From: a virus
Lineage: Duplodnaviria > Heunggongvirae > Uroviricota > Caudoviricetes
Reading direction: 5' to 3' (one strand)
Length of the DNA: 64,000 nucleotides
IMG/VR virus record: IMGVR_UViG_3300025765_000001
This document shows, in pieces, positions 20,734-31,104 of the stretch (position 1 is its first letter; each line of letters opens with the position of its first letter). Made by a program: the position numbers and the translations under genes. Below the pieces are notes generated by a model. That model ran no database searches and was not told the DNA's origin. It saw only the letters and a list, made by a program, of their open reading frames with translations.

Positions 20734-21279
20734 TCACGGCAACCGCCACTCGCCCTGTACCGCCAGGAAGGTTGACAGATCAACCGTGATCGGTTGGTCT
20801 GGATGCATGTACGCCGCTTCGATCTTGTGGGAATCAGACTCGGTACACGGCATCCCACGGTTGGCGTGCATCATACGCACCACGTCATCAATTGTCCCGG
20901 TATAGCTACGCAGGTCTACCCGGAATTTCAGCTTGGGCTTGGGCCAGAATAGCGTCAGGTCTGATTCTAGTTCATACAACCGAGAGACATCCATGATCTC
21001 TTCTAGCCGCTGACCAGAACAGAGCCTTGCGTGCGTCCACTTTGCTTTACGGGGCGGATTCCAGTCGTACATTCCTAGCAAGACTGGTTCCGGTAGCGAA
21101 CGCCAATGCTCCGTGTGGATGTGTTGAATGATCTTGTCCACGTCACGCTTGCGAGCAAGGAAGGCCCGGTCGTAACGCAGTAGATCGAAGAAGTTGTAGA
21201 GGCTGCCGGTGAACAGAGCAAAATTATATTGGGTGTATCCCTCAATCTTGCTCACGTCGAGTTTTTGTAAGTCCATCAT
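20734..21279 (-). CDS. Hypothetical protein (start MMDLQKL)
   Basis: GAGGA RBS within ORF 20734..21402. Confidence 0.6.
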   Translation of the reverse strand: MMDLQKLDVSKIEGYTQYNFALFTGSLYNFFDLLRYDRAFLARKRDVDKIIQHIHTEHWRSLPEPVLLGMYDWNPPRKAKWTHARLCSGQRLEEIMDVSRLYELESDLTLFWPKPKLKFRVDLRSYTGTIDDVVRMMHANRGMPCTESDSHKIEAAYMHPDQPITVDLSTFLAVQGEWRLP

Positions 21280-21834
21280 TGCATCCTCTTTTCCACACGA
21301 ACGAGTATACTGCAAGAAACATCGGGTGTAAAGCTGATAAGGGAAAGAAACACGGGTTTTGCCGTTATTTCGACAAAGGCCGACCGAAAAAGACCGGGGC
21401 ACGCAAGTTGGGGGGAGCTAACAAGGCTTCGCAACATGGTTTCTACACGGCCACGGTCAGCAAATAGCTGCTGTACTATTTCCAGCCGTTTGCGTACCTT
21501 GTCCCTGTACTTCTTCTTCGGGATCATCGAACCCGACCTCTTTTGCAGCTTGAAAAATGGTCAGGCCCGCCTTACGATTGCGTGGAAATGGCCGATACCA
21601 CAGGCCCATACGACTGTAAGACCACCCTAGTTCCCACAATCGAGCCTTCGCTCGCTTCAGCCAGTCCAACGATGTCATTTTTATTCCTCTTGAGTGATGA
21701 CCGTGAAAACACCGTGGGCGAGAGTTGTTTTGCCTGATTTGCTTCGCATCGCCCGTTCTACCAAGAACGCAAGTAGCTTCGTGTGCCGTCACACAGAATC
21801 AGTATGTTGCAGAAGCCGCACCGGATGGCCTTCG

Positions 21835-22548
21835 TCATTTTTGCACCCTGTTCTTGTTGATGGTTCTCTCGTTCCACAATTGTCCTTGTTTGAATGTGAC
21901 CCGCACCATCTTGAAACGATGCGTTAGCCAGCGTCCATCGCCGACCTTGATGTACAAGCCCTCTCGCTTGGCTTTGGTGGAGTATGGTGATTCACTATTG
22001 CTCCATTCCTCAACCTCGACGTAGTTTGTCAGCGGACCTTGGTGAACCAGAGGCACGACTGCAAACCCGGCCTCGGTCAGCGATGCTCGTGCGATACCAG
22101 GATCAATATAGTGCAGGGCCTCGTAGTCGTAAAGGTCGTAGGCGATAAAAAGCGAAGGCAGTTTGTCGTACTCCATGCCGTGTTGGGCAAGCATCCACTC
22201 GCCGTAGACAGACACAGGCCCAGCCAGATCAAAGAGCTTCTTGAAGCACTTCTGATTCTGGTAGTACCAATTCCACAATGGAGCAAACTGCATTTTGGCA
22301 GCGGACGTTTTCTTGGCATTGAAGCCCTTGTGGAGAATATAACTCCGGTTTCGCACGATAGGATGGCCGTTGACTAGAGCGATACCACAGTTGGCCCCAT
22401 CTACCTTCTCTTCTACAAAGACACGAGGAGCGGTGAATAGAATCTCCGCATCGGCCTTATCAGAGATAGGGTCATCGTCCGTGGCATTCGGGTTCCACGG
22501 CAAGTGCCTTGTCCGTGGAAACTCTGGTAGATAATCGCTCTCAATCAT
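21835..22548 (-). CDS. ATP-dependent RNA ligase family protein
   Basis: FPRTRHL, EKVDGAN (motif I), YGEW, FIAYD, EGLYIK, FKMV. Confidence 0.85.
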   Translation of the reverse strand: MIESDYLPEFPRTRHLPWNPNATDDDPISDKADAEILFTAPRVFVEEKVDGANCGIALVNGHPIVRNRSYILHKGFNAKKTSAAKMQFAPLWNWYYQNQKCFKKLFDLAGPVSVYGEWMLAQHGMEYDKLPSLFIAYDLYDYEALHYIDPGIARASLTEAGFAVVPLVHQGPLTNYVEVEEWSNSESPYSTKAKREGLYIKVGDGRWLTHRFKMVRVTFKQGQLWNERTINKNRVQK

Positions 22549-22792
22549 TTTTGGCTTTAGCTATATCTTGTTAGCTGCCGTAGCGTAGGAGTTTTTTCTA
22601 CTGTGTCAGTAAACGTCGATCTCAACCTCGGTGTGGGCACGGATGTACCGCTTGTAGGTCTTGCCCTTGTGGGTGCGGGTGATGCACACATTGCGGCGGT
22701 CGCCGTTCATGTGGGCACCAGTCCAAAGCACCTTGCTCCCTTGACGTGGAAGCTCTTGAACTTGGTTTCGGGCCTGAGTAATTCGTGAGCCT

Positions 22793-23395
22793 TCATGGTT
22801 TCCTCTTAGTGAATGTAGACAGTAGGCCATGCTGCGGATTCTTCTTCTTGCCCTCGATGATGCCCTTGCACACCACACCTTCTAGCGTGACCGGATACCG
22901 GCTTTCCTTGATGTCATCTACAAACTGCGGGCCAAAGCGTCCTTCATAGATCACCTTCGGTATCTTCAGGTGCCTGAAGTTGTTTAGAAACTCTCTGGGC
23001 AACACGAAGCCACGTTTGTGTATGTTGACATCGAATAGCACCAGTTCTTTTGGCTCTGGTGTCACGCAGTTGGGATCGAAGAAGTCATGCCAACCAGCGA
23101 AAGAGGATGGTCCGAAGAATTCACAAAATGCAATGCATTCGGTTACTCCCCGGTAGTCCTTGTTATCTCGGATGACCTTTTCGATGCCTTCGGCATAGGT
23201 CTGTTTGAATAGCTCGATGGCACAGCCGTACTCCGGGTTTGAGGCATCGAACAATCTAGTCCTGGTGCCGAATATGTGCCAGCCTTTCTTTCTCTGCCAG
23301 CCGAACCGTAGATTGCTTCCATCTAGCTTGTCGAAAGCGATCATCGGTAGGCGAGGGGCCTTGCTAGGCCCTGGTATCTACCAATACGTTTTCAT
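22793..23395 (-). pseudogene. Second RNA-ligase-like gene, with TAG at codon 6 and apparently truncated C-terminus
   Basis: MKTYW*IPG...DKLDGSN...FCEFFG...LFDV...EGVVCK. Confidence 0.6.
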
Positions 23396-23402
23396 TCAAT
23401 CC

Positions 23403-23897
23403 TCAATCATATCCAATCGAGGACTTGAGGCCACGTCGCCGTACCTCATTCTTGATCTGTTCGTCACTGGCCCGCTTGAGAGCAGTGGCGATCAAAGTGC
23501 GTTCCTTGTCCGCCGTCAGTCTCTCGGCCTCGGCTCGGACCCCTTGCACGTTCAGCTTGGCGACGATCCGTTGTGGGGCTTTGCCTGCCGTCCAATTGAA
23601 CAAGGCCGACCGAGTACACCGTGATTCATGCTCAGGGTGACGGCATCGCCAGTCGCCGGTCCTGAGAGTCAGCGTATAAGTGCGATACCGCACACTATCG
23701 TATTCGGGAACGAGAGCCGTGATCTCCCGAACTGTTTGTTTGTTCTCGCTGAGATAAAATTCCCCGATGGTAACTTCCCGACGCCTGCTCATTGTGCTCT
23801 CCGTATCGAAGTTCGATGGATGTAGTAAGTGGCGTTTCTTGACCCTCGATTCTCCAATCTTTATGCACCCTGAACACCACGACGCTTTGGCAGCCAC
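23403..23897 (-). CDS. Hypothetical protein (start probably MSRRRE near 23790)
   Basis: ORF in co-oriented run. Confidence 0.5.
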   Translation of the reverse strand: MAAKASWCSGCIKIGESRVKKRHLLHPSNFDTESTMSRRREVTIGEFYLSENKQTVREITALVPEYDSVRYRTYTLTLRTGDWRCRHPEHESRCTRSALFNWTAGKAPQRIVAKLNVQGVRAEAERLTADKERTLIATALKRASDEQIKNEVRRRGLKSSIGYD

Positions 23898-24012
23898 ACA
23901 AGCCGAACGTCAGAGCCAACAAAATCCTTTTCATGGTACCACCGTTTTAAGAATCAGGCCCACCGTAGGCCATACAGTCAGAGTATCGGTTCCATCACTA
24001 CTCCGACTTGAC

Positions 24013-24441
24013 TCATTTTCCCTTCACTTTCAAGTCCCAATAGATTTGGGTTGAGATATTTACATCCTCGAACCCCTTGGGACGCTTCTTTCTGTAGTTG
24101 AGCCGGAACACGGAGGCATCGGCCATGAACTGAGCCAGGGCCTCGATCTCCTCATGGGTGAGCGGCTTGTCACGGTTGAGATGGACTTTGACCGTCGCTT
24201 CAAGCTCGATCACTTTAGTCTTCAATTTGAACTGGAGCCGCTTCCACTCTTCTCTCACCACAGAGAGAGAAGCATACAATGTAGCTTCTCCCGCATGATG
24301 AGTCCAGACCTTTGTATGGTCGTTCCACCACGTTCCATTCTCGCACTTGATGGCGTAGCGTGGAAAGTCGGGATTGCCAATTTGCTTGACGTAGAGTTTC
24401 ATGTTACAATCCCTTTCTGTTGGTGGTTGTGATTCTGACAA
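24013..24441 (-). CDS. Hypothetical protein
   Basis: 142-aa ORF directly below ardC. Confidence 0.6.
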   Translation of the reverse strand: MSESQPPTERDCNMKLYVKQIGNPDFPRYAIKCENGTWWNDHTKVWTHHAGEATLYASLSVVREEWKRLQFKLKTKVIELEATVKVHLNRDKPLTHEEIEALAQFMADASVFRLNYRKKRPKGFEDVNISTQIYWDLKVKGK

Positions 24442-24445
24442 TTGA

Positions 24446-25489
24446 TTAGGCGATCATCCTTTCGACTTCCTTGCCGTCGCCCTCCTCCTCGCCTTCTTCG
24501 CCGACCTTGGCCGGTGTTACCTTGTCGCCACGTCCGCTGAAGTTCAGCAGGAAATCGGTAGCCGTACTTGCTAGCGTCGATGCCTTGAAGATGAAGGCGT
24601 TGTCGTTACTCATCTTCGACAACCACTCGGCCAGATACCGAGTGTGGTTGTCCAGGTTCTCAGACTGCGGCAGATGAAGCTCGGCTGCCATGTAGCAGGC
24701 CGTAATCTCGGCCACTAACTCGCACATTGCATAGCCCAGCGTCTCACGGTCAATCGAGATACGAACCTCGCTCCAGTGGGCAAGCTCATGAAACTCGGTG
24801 TCATAGAATTCGCCTTCATCGGCGAAGTTGCCCTTGGGCGGCATCTGGATATAGTCGCCGCCCTTATGCTTCGGCCACTTGCCGCCAGTCGGCAACTTGT
24901 AGCACGCCCGGTCGCCGCCGAACACGATCTTGGCACCAGTAGCCTCCACGACTTTCTGAGCAACCGAGAAGTCAGGGCTGACCTTGATCTTGGTGTCCGC
25001 CATTGGACCGGGGCGGAACTTGTCTAGATTCTCGCCCTCGACCTGATCCAGATTGAACACCGTGTACGTCCGCATCAGCGGAATCTTTTTGACCTTCGGT
25101 TTGCCGTCCTTGGTCTTGGCATCCTTGTCAACGACTTCTAAGAACTTCCAGTAAACGATATGTGTTCCCCACTGGCCCGAAGACACGTCGGCAGGCCGCT
25201 TCTTGACCTGACCGTCCAGGGCTTCCCACTGGCGGTAGGTTGCCCACCACTGGCTGCGGAAGCCGTAGAATTCAGATGCTAGTTCCAGAAGCAGCGGGTT
25301 GATGCCCCTGTACTTTTTCTTGCTCACGATGTTGCGAGGCAAACCACAGTTGGGGTCTGACCGCCAGGGCCGCACCCAGGGCCGCTTACCTTCCTTCAAG
25401 GCGTCGTTGATCTTCTTGGTGATGGCGGTGCGGATTTCCTCGGTCCACTGCCGACTATTGCCCCCGCCGCTCTTCTTGGCTTTCGCCAT
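24446..25489 (-). CDS. ardC: ArdC-family ssDNA-binding antirestriction protein with zincin-like domain
   Basis: PWVRPW, YRGIN, WATYRQW, VFNLDQ, FHELAHW, ELVAEI. Confidence 0.88.
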   Translation of the reverse strand: MAKAKKSGGGNSRQWTEEIRTAITKKINDALKEGKRPWVRPWRSDPNCGLPRNIVSKKKYRGINPLLLELASEFYGFRSQWWATYRQWEALDGQVKKRPADVSSGQWGTHIVYWKFLEVVDKDAKTKDGKPKVKKIPLMRTYTVFNLDQVEGENLDKFRPGPMADTKIKVSPDFSVAQKVVEATGAKIVFGGDRACYKLPTGGKWPKHKGGDYIQMPPKGNFADEGEFYDTEFHELAHWSEVRISIDRETLGYAMCELVAEITACYMAAELHLPQSENLDNHTRYLAEWLSKMSNDNAFIFKASTLASTATDFLLNFSGRGDKVTPAKVGEEGEEEGDGKEVERMIA

Positions 25490-25502
25490 GATGGTTCTCC
25501 TT

Positions 25503-26708
25503 TCAGGCAACGAGGGCCGCATCGCTATAGCGAATACCACGCTTTTGTAGCTCTGCGGCACCGGACATAGTTAGAGTATAGCCCTTGCCAGCCTTGATCT
25601 TCACCAATGGCTCAAGCTGGTCAGGCAGCTTCATCACCAGAGGCGACATGACCTCTAGCAATTCGTTCTCATCTTCACAGCCAGTAACATCGATCATGCG
25701 GGCCTTGCTCACCGGCCCCAGGGCCAGTGCCTTCAGCACGTTAACTCGCTGGAGGGTCATGCCGTGTTCGTCAATCTCCCATTCCCGCCGAATCGTTTCG
25801 CAAGCCGTCTCCCAAGAGACCTGGGACTGTTCAACTTCATCAGAAACGTCCTCGGCGAAGTCCACAACCTCACGAGGAATGCGACCGGCGATTTCGGCGA
25901 TACGCTCGCAGATGTCATCCGGCACCAAAGGCAGGTGGACCTTAATGATGTCGGCAATCTCATCTGCGGAATACGGGTGCAGGCTGATCTTGGTGAATCG
26001 AGTCTTGAACGGGCCGAACAGCCTGCTACGGTGCGTAGTGGCAATCATCCAACACACGTTCGAGCAATCCACCGTCCAACCAGCTTCCGTTACCAGCGTG
26101 CGGTCCTTCTTCTCGGTCGCCTTTAGCAAAGCGTTCACGATGCCGTCACGCAGGGCGTGAACCTCATCCAGCAGCACGATGCACGGCGGCAGAATGACAT
26201 GCCCCGGTTTCGGCGGAATGATGCCCAGGGTCACAGTCTGGTCGCCAACCTTGACCTCGAATTCATCAAGGACTCGCCCAATATACACCAACAGGTCGTT
26301 GCACGACTCGATGGAGCGAGGGTGAACCTCGATGAAAGGCAGACCCAGGCCCTTTGCACGAGCCTTGCCAACGCTGGTCTTGCCAACGCTAGACGGACCA
26401 AGCAATGCCACGTTCTTGAACGCAGCAGAATGATTGCGGTTCTTCAAAGCCCGGCGATCTAGCCGCTGGAGCCGCCGCTTTGCATTCTCATTGCCAATGA
26501 TCCATGAATACATGCGGCGGGCATGGACAGTACGCTCTTCCAGGCTCGGCGACTCGCCGATAAAGAAGATGCGTTCACGCTGCTTGATCTCACCGACATG
26601 GTAAGCCGGTTCCTGCTCCATCAGCTTCTTGGCCTTCTCTACTGCCTTGAGCGGAGTCTGGTCCAAGTAGTGCTTCAGGTACAGCAGAATAGTTTTGGCA
26701 TTGATCAC
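25503..26708 (-). CDS. RuvB-like AAA+ ATPase
   Basis: GPSSVGKT, LLDEVHAL, IATT...PFKTRF, L..YS..E, GRIPR. Confidence 0.8.
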   Translation of the reverse strand: MINAKTILLYLKHYLDQTPLKAVEKAKKLMEQEPAYHVGEIKQRERIFFIGESPSLEERTVHARRMYSWIIGNENAKRRLQRLDRRALKNRNHSAAFKNVALLGPSSVGKTSVGKARAKGLGLPFIEVHPRSIESCNDLLVYIGRVLDEFEVKVGDQTVTLGIIPPKPGHVILPPCIVLLDEVHALRDGIVNALLKATEKKDRTLVTEAGWTVDCSNVCWMIATTHRSRLFGPFKTRFTKISLHPYSADEIADIIKVHLPLVPDDICERIAEIAGRIPREVVDFAEDVSDEVEQSQVSWETACETIRREWEIDEHGMTLQRVNVLKALALGPVSKARMIDVTGCEDENELLEVMSPLVMKLPDQLEPLVKIKAGKGYTLTMSGAAELQKRGIRYSDAALVA

Positions 26709-26737
26709 TGTTGGTTCTCCTGCTCGCTCTCAAAGTA

Positions 26738-26848
26738 GCCTACCCCCCCCCCATGTACTACCTAACTCTTTAGGTTTTTCAAAATAATTTTCACATTGTT
26801 GATAATGATATGGACCGGTCCATACTATGGACCGGTCCATATCACACA
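26738..26848. repeat. Left copy of ~110-bp inverted repeat (partner 61085-61191)
   Basis: Reverse complement identical apart from C10 vs C6 run and a 3-nt spacer; contains two ATGGACCGGTCCAT palindromes. Confidence 0.95.
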
Positions 26849-26863
26849 AGCCCAGTAACCAGT

Positions 26864-26891
26864 ATTATAGGCCGCTGGGCATAGATGTCAA
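26864..26891 (-). promoter_or_regulatory. Promoter TTGACA-N16-TATAAT reading through the repeat into the RuvB-like gene
   Basis: Consensus hexamers. Confidence 0.8.
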
Positions 26892-26913
26892 GTCAGTTTA
26901 CCTCGGTCCAGGG

Positions 26914-27879
26914 TTACACCAGCACCAATTCCGGGTCGTAGGCAGCCTTCAGCCGCTCACGAATCCGCACGGCGATCTGGTGGGCACGCTGGCGGGTGAC
27001 GCCGTGACTGTTGGCAACCTCGGTCAGATTGCCGTCATTGAGCAGGCAGTTGTAGATGTCGATCTCGAACTGTGTTTTGAGACCACGGCGAACGGTCTTC
27101 AGAGCGTTCTGCAAGTCCAGGTCGGGCATGTAGCTGTCCTCGGACACCAGCGAGGCCAGGGCCAGTTCATCGCCGTCGTCGTTGCCGGACTCCAGGGCAG
27201 ATTCATTGAGGACACGAACCATCAGGTCGTTGAGGATGGACGCCTGCTGAGGCGAGAGGCCCATCTTGGCGACAACCTGCTCGAACGTCACCGGCCCGTT
27301 GAACTGGTTCTTGGCTGCTTCGTAGGCCATGACCATCTTGCGGGCACGAGTAGACCAGTGCGACAGCGGCTTGCCCTTGTTAGCGGCAAGGGTCAACTCA
27401 CGGTAGATGACCCACTGGCTGTAGGTGGAGAACTGCTTGTCAGGCTCGGTGTAGTAGTAGATGGCGTTGGTCAGAGCCACGATGCCTTCATTGTAGAAGT
27501 CGCCGAATTCCATCTTGGTGCTGGACCGCTCATGCCGCCATATGGAATTGGCAATCTTGGCGATGATGCCGGTGTAGCCGCAGAGCAGCTTGTACTCGAT
27601 GTCACGGATGGCCTGGATGCTCGCCAAGTCACGCTTGGGCACCAGGAAGCCGAAGATGTTGACGGACTGCCCTGGGGTCTCGTCCATCTTGGCGAAGAGG
27701 GCGATGCGAAAGTCACGCCGACTGTACTCGGCACCCTTGACGAGCTTGGCTTTCTCGTGATGCCGGGCCAGAATGTTGTTGCCAGCCGCCATGATAGCCT
27801 GGGTCTCGGCTTTCTCCTTGGCGGACAACTCGATGAAGGGCAGCTTTACGATGTCATCAATCACGGTTTGGTCCTCCAA
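26914..27879 (-). CDS. Sigma-70 family RNA polymerase sigma factor
   Basis: Region 2 (DFYNEGIVALTNAI...FSTYSQWVI) and region 4 HTH (LTEVANSHGVTRQRAHQI). Confidence 0.8.
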   Translation of the reverse strand: MEDQTVIDDIVKLPFIELSAKEKAETQAIMAAGNNILARHHEKAKLVKGAEYSRRDFRIALFAKMDETPGQSVNIFGFLVPKRDLASIQAIRDIEYKLLCGYTGIIAKIANSIWRHERSSTKMEFGDFYNEGIVALTNAIYYYTEPDKQFSTYSQWVIYRELTLAANKGKPLSHWSTRARKMVMAYEAAKNQFNGPVTFEQVVAKMGLSPQQASILNDLMVRVLNESALESGNDDGDELALASLVSEDSYMPDLDLQNALKTVRRGLKTQFEIDIYNCLLNDGNLTEVANSHGVTRQRAHQIAVRIRERLKAAYDPELVLV

Positions 27880-27954
27880 AAACCTTAGTGTTCGGTGGTG
27901 TCGGCCTTTCCTGTACCGGGCAACTTCTCGTCTGAAACTGCTCAGTTTCAGGAA

Positions 27955-27985
27955 GGCCCACCGGCCCGCTAGGGCCGGTGGGCCG
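27955..27985. terminator. GC-rich hairpin between sigma and ParB-like genes
   Basis: GGCCCACCGGCCC-GCTA-GGGCCGGTGGGCC. Confidence 0.6.
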
Positions 27986-28024
27986 CTCTTCCTCTGTATG
28001 CCACAACTCCGTTCATGAAACTGC

Positions 28025-29089
28025 TCAGCTTGCGTGGGCGTGACGAAAGCCCTTGTCGGCCTTTGCAGCCTCGGCCACTTCCTTCGCAGCCACGGCTTCC
28101 AATCGGACCTTCGACTCCTTCTCTGCCAACTCCAGACTGATCCCCATGACTTCCGCCAGTGTCCGACGACGCTCGTAGGCGGACTTCGGCGTGGTGTCGA
28201 ATAGGGTCTCGACTTCCTTAAGGGTCATGACACGACGCCGGTTCTTCTTCCGACGCTTGACAGCCTTCTTCTGTTCCTCGCCGTCGTCCTCACCCAGCCC
28301 CTTGCGGTTCTTGATCCGCAAGCCCTTGTGCCACGCATCGGTCAGGTTGGTTTCCTTGCGGTCAACCTGCCGCTGCTCTTCGACCGTCAGATACGTTAGA
28401 GCCTCACGAGTCCGAACGTACTGGTAGTCGTAGCCGAGATCGGCAGCCAAGTCTTTGAGGGTATAGGGCTTCTTGTCGTCCTTCGTCAAGGTTTCGCCTG
28501 CCTCGGCCCGCTGCTTCCGACGCTCATGCTTGCGGCGGAAGAAATGACCCACTTCCGTCTCGGTCATTTCCTTCCGCTGATCGTTCTCGGCGAAAGCGTA
28601 ATCCTCGGCCTCTTCCACAATGCATTTGATGGACACAGCACCGATGTTGGCCGGGTCGCCATACTTAGCGTGATTGTAGCAGGCGGCGATGACACGACGC
28701 TCGCCGCAGATCACGCCCTGGCGGGTGATATACTCGCCGTCGTCGGTGCCCCTGGCCTTGACCCGGAAATTGCGGAGCAGAATCGGCTCGATCTCACGGA
28801 CACGGCGGGACGCCGCCAGTTCCACGATGCCCTTCTCGTAGCTCTCGAACTGTTCGACCAGTTCACAGAACGTGGCCTTGGCGGTGTCGTCGCCCAAGGC
28901 GTACTCGTAGCAAAACTCCAGCAACGTCATCCCGCCCATGTTGGCGGCGAGATGGTCCTGCAAGTCGGGGCACGGTCGGCGAGGGTTGTGTGACGTGGTA
29001 ATGTCACCCAACTCGATGCGGGCGATCACCTGCTCGCCCTTGTTGAACTGCACGATCCTGGGGTCACGCTTCGAGGTAGCAGTCGTCAT
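28025..29089 (-). CDS. ParB/Srx-like protein
   Basis: NPR, EPILL, ICGERRVIA, AENDQRKEM, HTH LKDLAADLG. Confidence 0.75.
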   Translation of the reverse strand: MTTATSKRDPRIVQFNKGEQVIARIELGDITTSHNPRRPCPDLQDHLAANMGGMTLLEFCYEYALGDDTAKATFCELVEQFESYEKGIVELAASRRVREIEPILLRNFRVKARGTDDGEYITRQGVICGERRVIAACYNHAKYGDPANIGAVSIKCIVEEAEDYAFAENDQRKEMTETEVGHFFRRKHERRKQRAEAGETLTKDDKKPYTLKDLAADLGYDYQYVRTREALTYLTVEEQRQVDRKETNLTDAWHKGLRIKNRKGLGEDDGEEQKKAVKRRKKNRRRVMTLKEVETLFDTTPKSAYERRRTLAEVMGISLELAEKESKVRLEAVAAKEVAEAAKADKGFRHAHAS

Positions 29090-29184
29090 GGGTTTAAGCT
29101 CCTTTCCACAGAGTCATCGGTTTCGGGACCAGCCCAGGGGCCGTGCGAATGACCCCTGGGCATCGTTGTATGACACAGCACCCC

Positions 29185-30474
29185 TTAAAAGGGTTCGCCA
29201 TCATCGGGGAACTGCCAGCCCGCATTGGGCTTCTCGACTTCCTTCTCAACAGGGGGCCGCTCGACGGCTGGCGACTGAATGGCAACTTTCAACTTCTCAA
29301 CGGCATCCTGCCGGGCAACCTCACACCGAAGCGTCGGCTCGCCCGCAGGCTTGTCTTGCGGCACGCTGTAGTTCGGCACCGCAACCGGCGATAGAGCCTT
29401 GTCCGTCGCCACGCCCAGCAGTTCTGCCACACTCGGCGGCGGGTCGAAGGGCAGGCACATCGACGGGCGAGGGCCGAACGGCCAAGTGTTGATGTAGTAG
29501 AACCGGTTCTGGGGCCGGGTGTCGGCAACGTAGGCGATATTATGCTCCTGCTTCATCTCCTTCTCATTCTTGGCGGCAGGGTGCGGGATCAGGTCGGGCC
29601 GCAAAATAAAAACGACACTCCACTCCTTCCCCTTCGCACGGTGAACCGTGCTGAGGGTGATGACGCCGGGCTTCGGCTTGTCGCTGAACAGGGCCTCGAT
29701 CTCACGGTAGATCGACGTGACCATATCATCCTTGACCTTGCCAGCGATGATCTCCAGGCAGTCCACGTCCTGCTGGAGCTTCTCCAGCTTGGCCTTGTCC
29801 TTCTCGCTGGTCAACTTCGAGGACTTGACACGAAACCAGTGAGCGAGCCGGGTCAGAAAGCCATCTTCGATGATCTCTTCCTTCTCATCCTTGAGATCGG
29901 TGATATGGTTGGTGTGGCCTTTCTCGCCCGGCTCCTTGCAGAGATCACGGACGATATGCTTCAGGCCCATGCCCAAGCTAGAATAGCCCAGGATGCACAC
30001 CCGCTTGCCCAGGCTCATCAGGTGATAAGCCGTCACCACCAGAGGCGTGTTGATGCGGCACAGAAAGCAGAAAGTGCATTCCTTGCCAGTGTACTCCGGG
30101 CCGGTGCCTTCGCCCAGCACTCGCACTGCACCGTTGACGCCATCAGGCAGAGCGATGTCCTTGCGGTCGTTGTTGGCCCGCTCACAAGCCTGAGCGAGCG
30201 ACAACACGCCAATGTCGCCGTAAGCCTGTGAATGGCCCTCGAACTTGGGCTGATGCTTGCGACGGGTCAACTCGGCGATGGAACGATCACAGCGGTAGTT
30301 GCGGGGCAGCAGAAGCTCTCGCACGTTGCGGGTCTGCTGAAGACGGGAGAGGATGCTGGAGAAGGTCTCGTCGCCATCGCCAGCCCCACGGAAGCGATAG
30401 ATAGCTTGCGACGGGTCGCCAACGACGATGATGCGGGCACCCTTGCGAGCCGGGGTCAAAACAGCGGTCGTCAT
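29185..30474 (-). CDS. UvrD/Rep SF1 helicase, C-terminal half (motifs III-VI)
   Basis: VGDPSQAIYRFRGA, RNYRC, LCRIN, STVHRAKGKEW, YVADTR; own promoter and CACGAGG box. Confidence 0.85.
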   Translation of the reverse strand: MTTAVLTPARKGARIIVVGDPSQAIYRFRGAGDGDETFSSILSRLQQTRNVRELLLPRNYRCDRSIAELTRRKHQPKFEGHSQAYGDIGVLSLAQACERANNDRKDIALPDGVNGAVRVLGEGTGPEYTGKECTFCFLCRINTPLVVTAYHLMSLGKRVCILGYSSLGMGLKHIVRDLCKEPGEKGHTNHITDLKDEKEEIIEDGFLTRLAHWFRVKSSKLTSEKDKAKLEKLQQDVDCLEIIAGKVKDDMVTSIYREIEALFSDKPKPGVITLSTVHRAKGKEWSVVFILRPDLIPHPAAKNEKEMKQEHNIAYVADTRPQNRFYYINTWPFGPRPSMCLPFDPPPSVAELLGVATDKALSPVAVPNYSVPQDKPAGEPTLRCEVARQDAVEKLKVAIQSPAVERPPVEKEVEKPNAGWQFPDDGEPF

Positions 30475-30519
30475 GAGAAAGCCCCTCGTGCGAAAAACGG
30501 GAAACCTCAACTACCCAAC

Positions 30520-30547
30520 ATTATAAAAATCTCGTCGCCTGTGTCAA
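30520..30547 (-). promoter_or_regulatory. Promoter TTGACA-N16-TATAAT for helicase C-half
   Basis: Consensus hexamers. Confidence 0.8.
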
Positions 30548-30845
30548 GCGACATTATCTCGGTTTCTTCGATTTTCCCTAAGTCGTTTTCTGGTCGAGCT
30601 TTGGCAAAGTTATTTTTGGTGCTTTTTCAGGGCTTCGGCAACCTGGGCATCTAGCTCGTTCTCCAAACGCTCGGCCTCGGCTCGGTCGATGCCCTGTTGT
30701 TTCATTCAGCACAGAATTCGCTGTTCTCGCAGGTAGGCTCGACATTCCGGGCAGAAACCGTGGCTGCCAGCAACTCCATAAGCTGCGAACAACCAGTCCT
30801 AGAGATCGTTTGCAGTCTCGCAATCTGATCGAGCAGGCTTTCTAT

Positions 30846-30992
30846 GATCGGCGTTCATGGTAGTCCTTGCAACATGGTTTGCTTGGTCGCCCTGCTCTGT
30901 ACTACTCAACACAGTCGGTCAACTGAGGCCCGCCCCGTAGGGGCGGGCCTCTAGGTGTTAGCTGAACAACTCCTGTAGTTCTTCGATGACCT
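30846..30992. repeat. 147-bp inverted copy of 58765-58911
   Basis: Reverse-complement identity by eye: gene end + hairpin + array motif + next gene start. Confidence 0.95.
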
Positions 30993-31104
30993 AGCTCCCG
31001 CTCGATCAGACGCCGATCTCCGTAATCTAGCCGCATGAATCGTTTGGTAGGTAGTTCACTAACGGCCTTGCGGAGCGACTTCATCAGTCTTGGAATTCGT
31101 TCAT

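Noticed and set aside
26806-26845. lox-like tyrosine recombinase site
   Set aside because: Spacer is only 3 nt and differs between copies; no recombinase seen; an operator is more likely
26827-27888. Long antisense ORFs (also 9639..10472, 53283..54197, 59653..60669)
   Set aside because: Shadow frames of GC-rich real genes, lacking RBS and motifs
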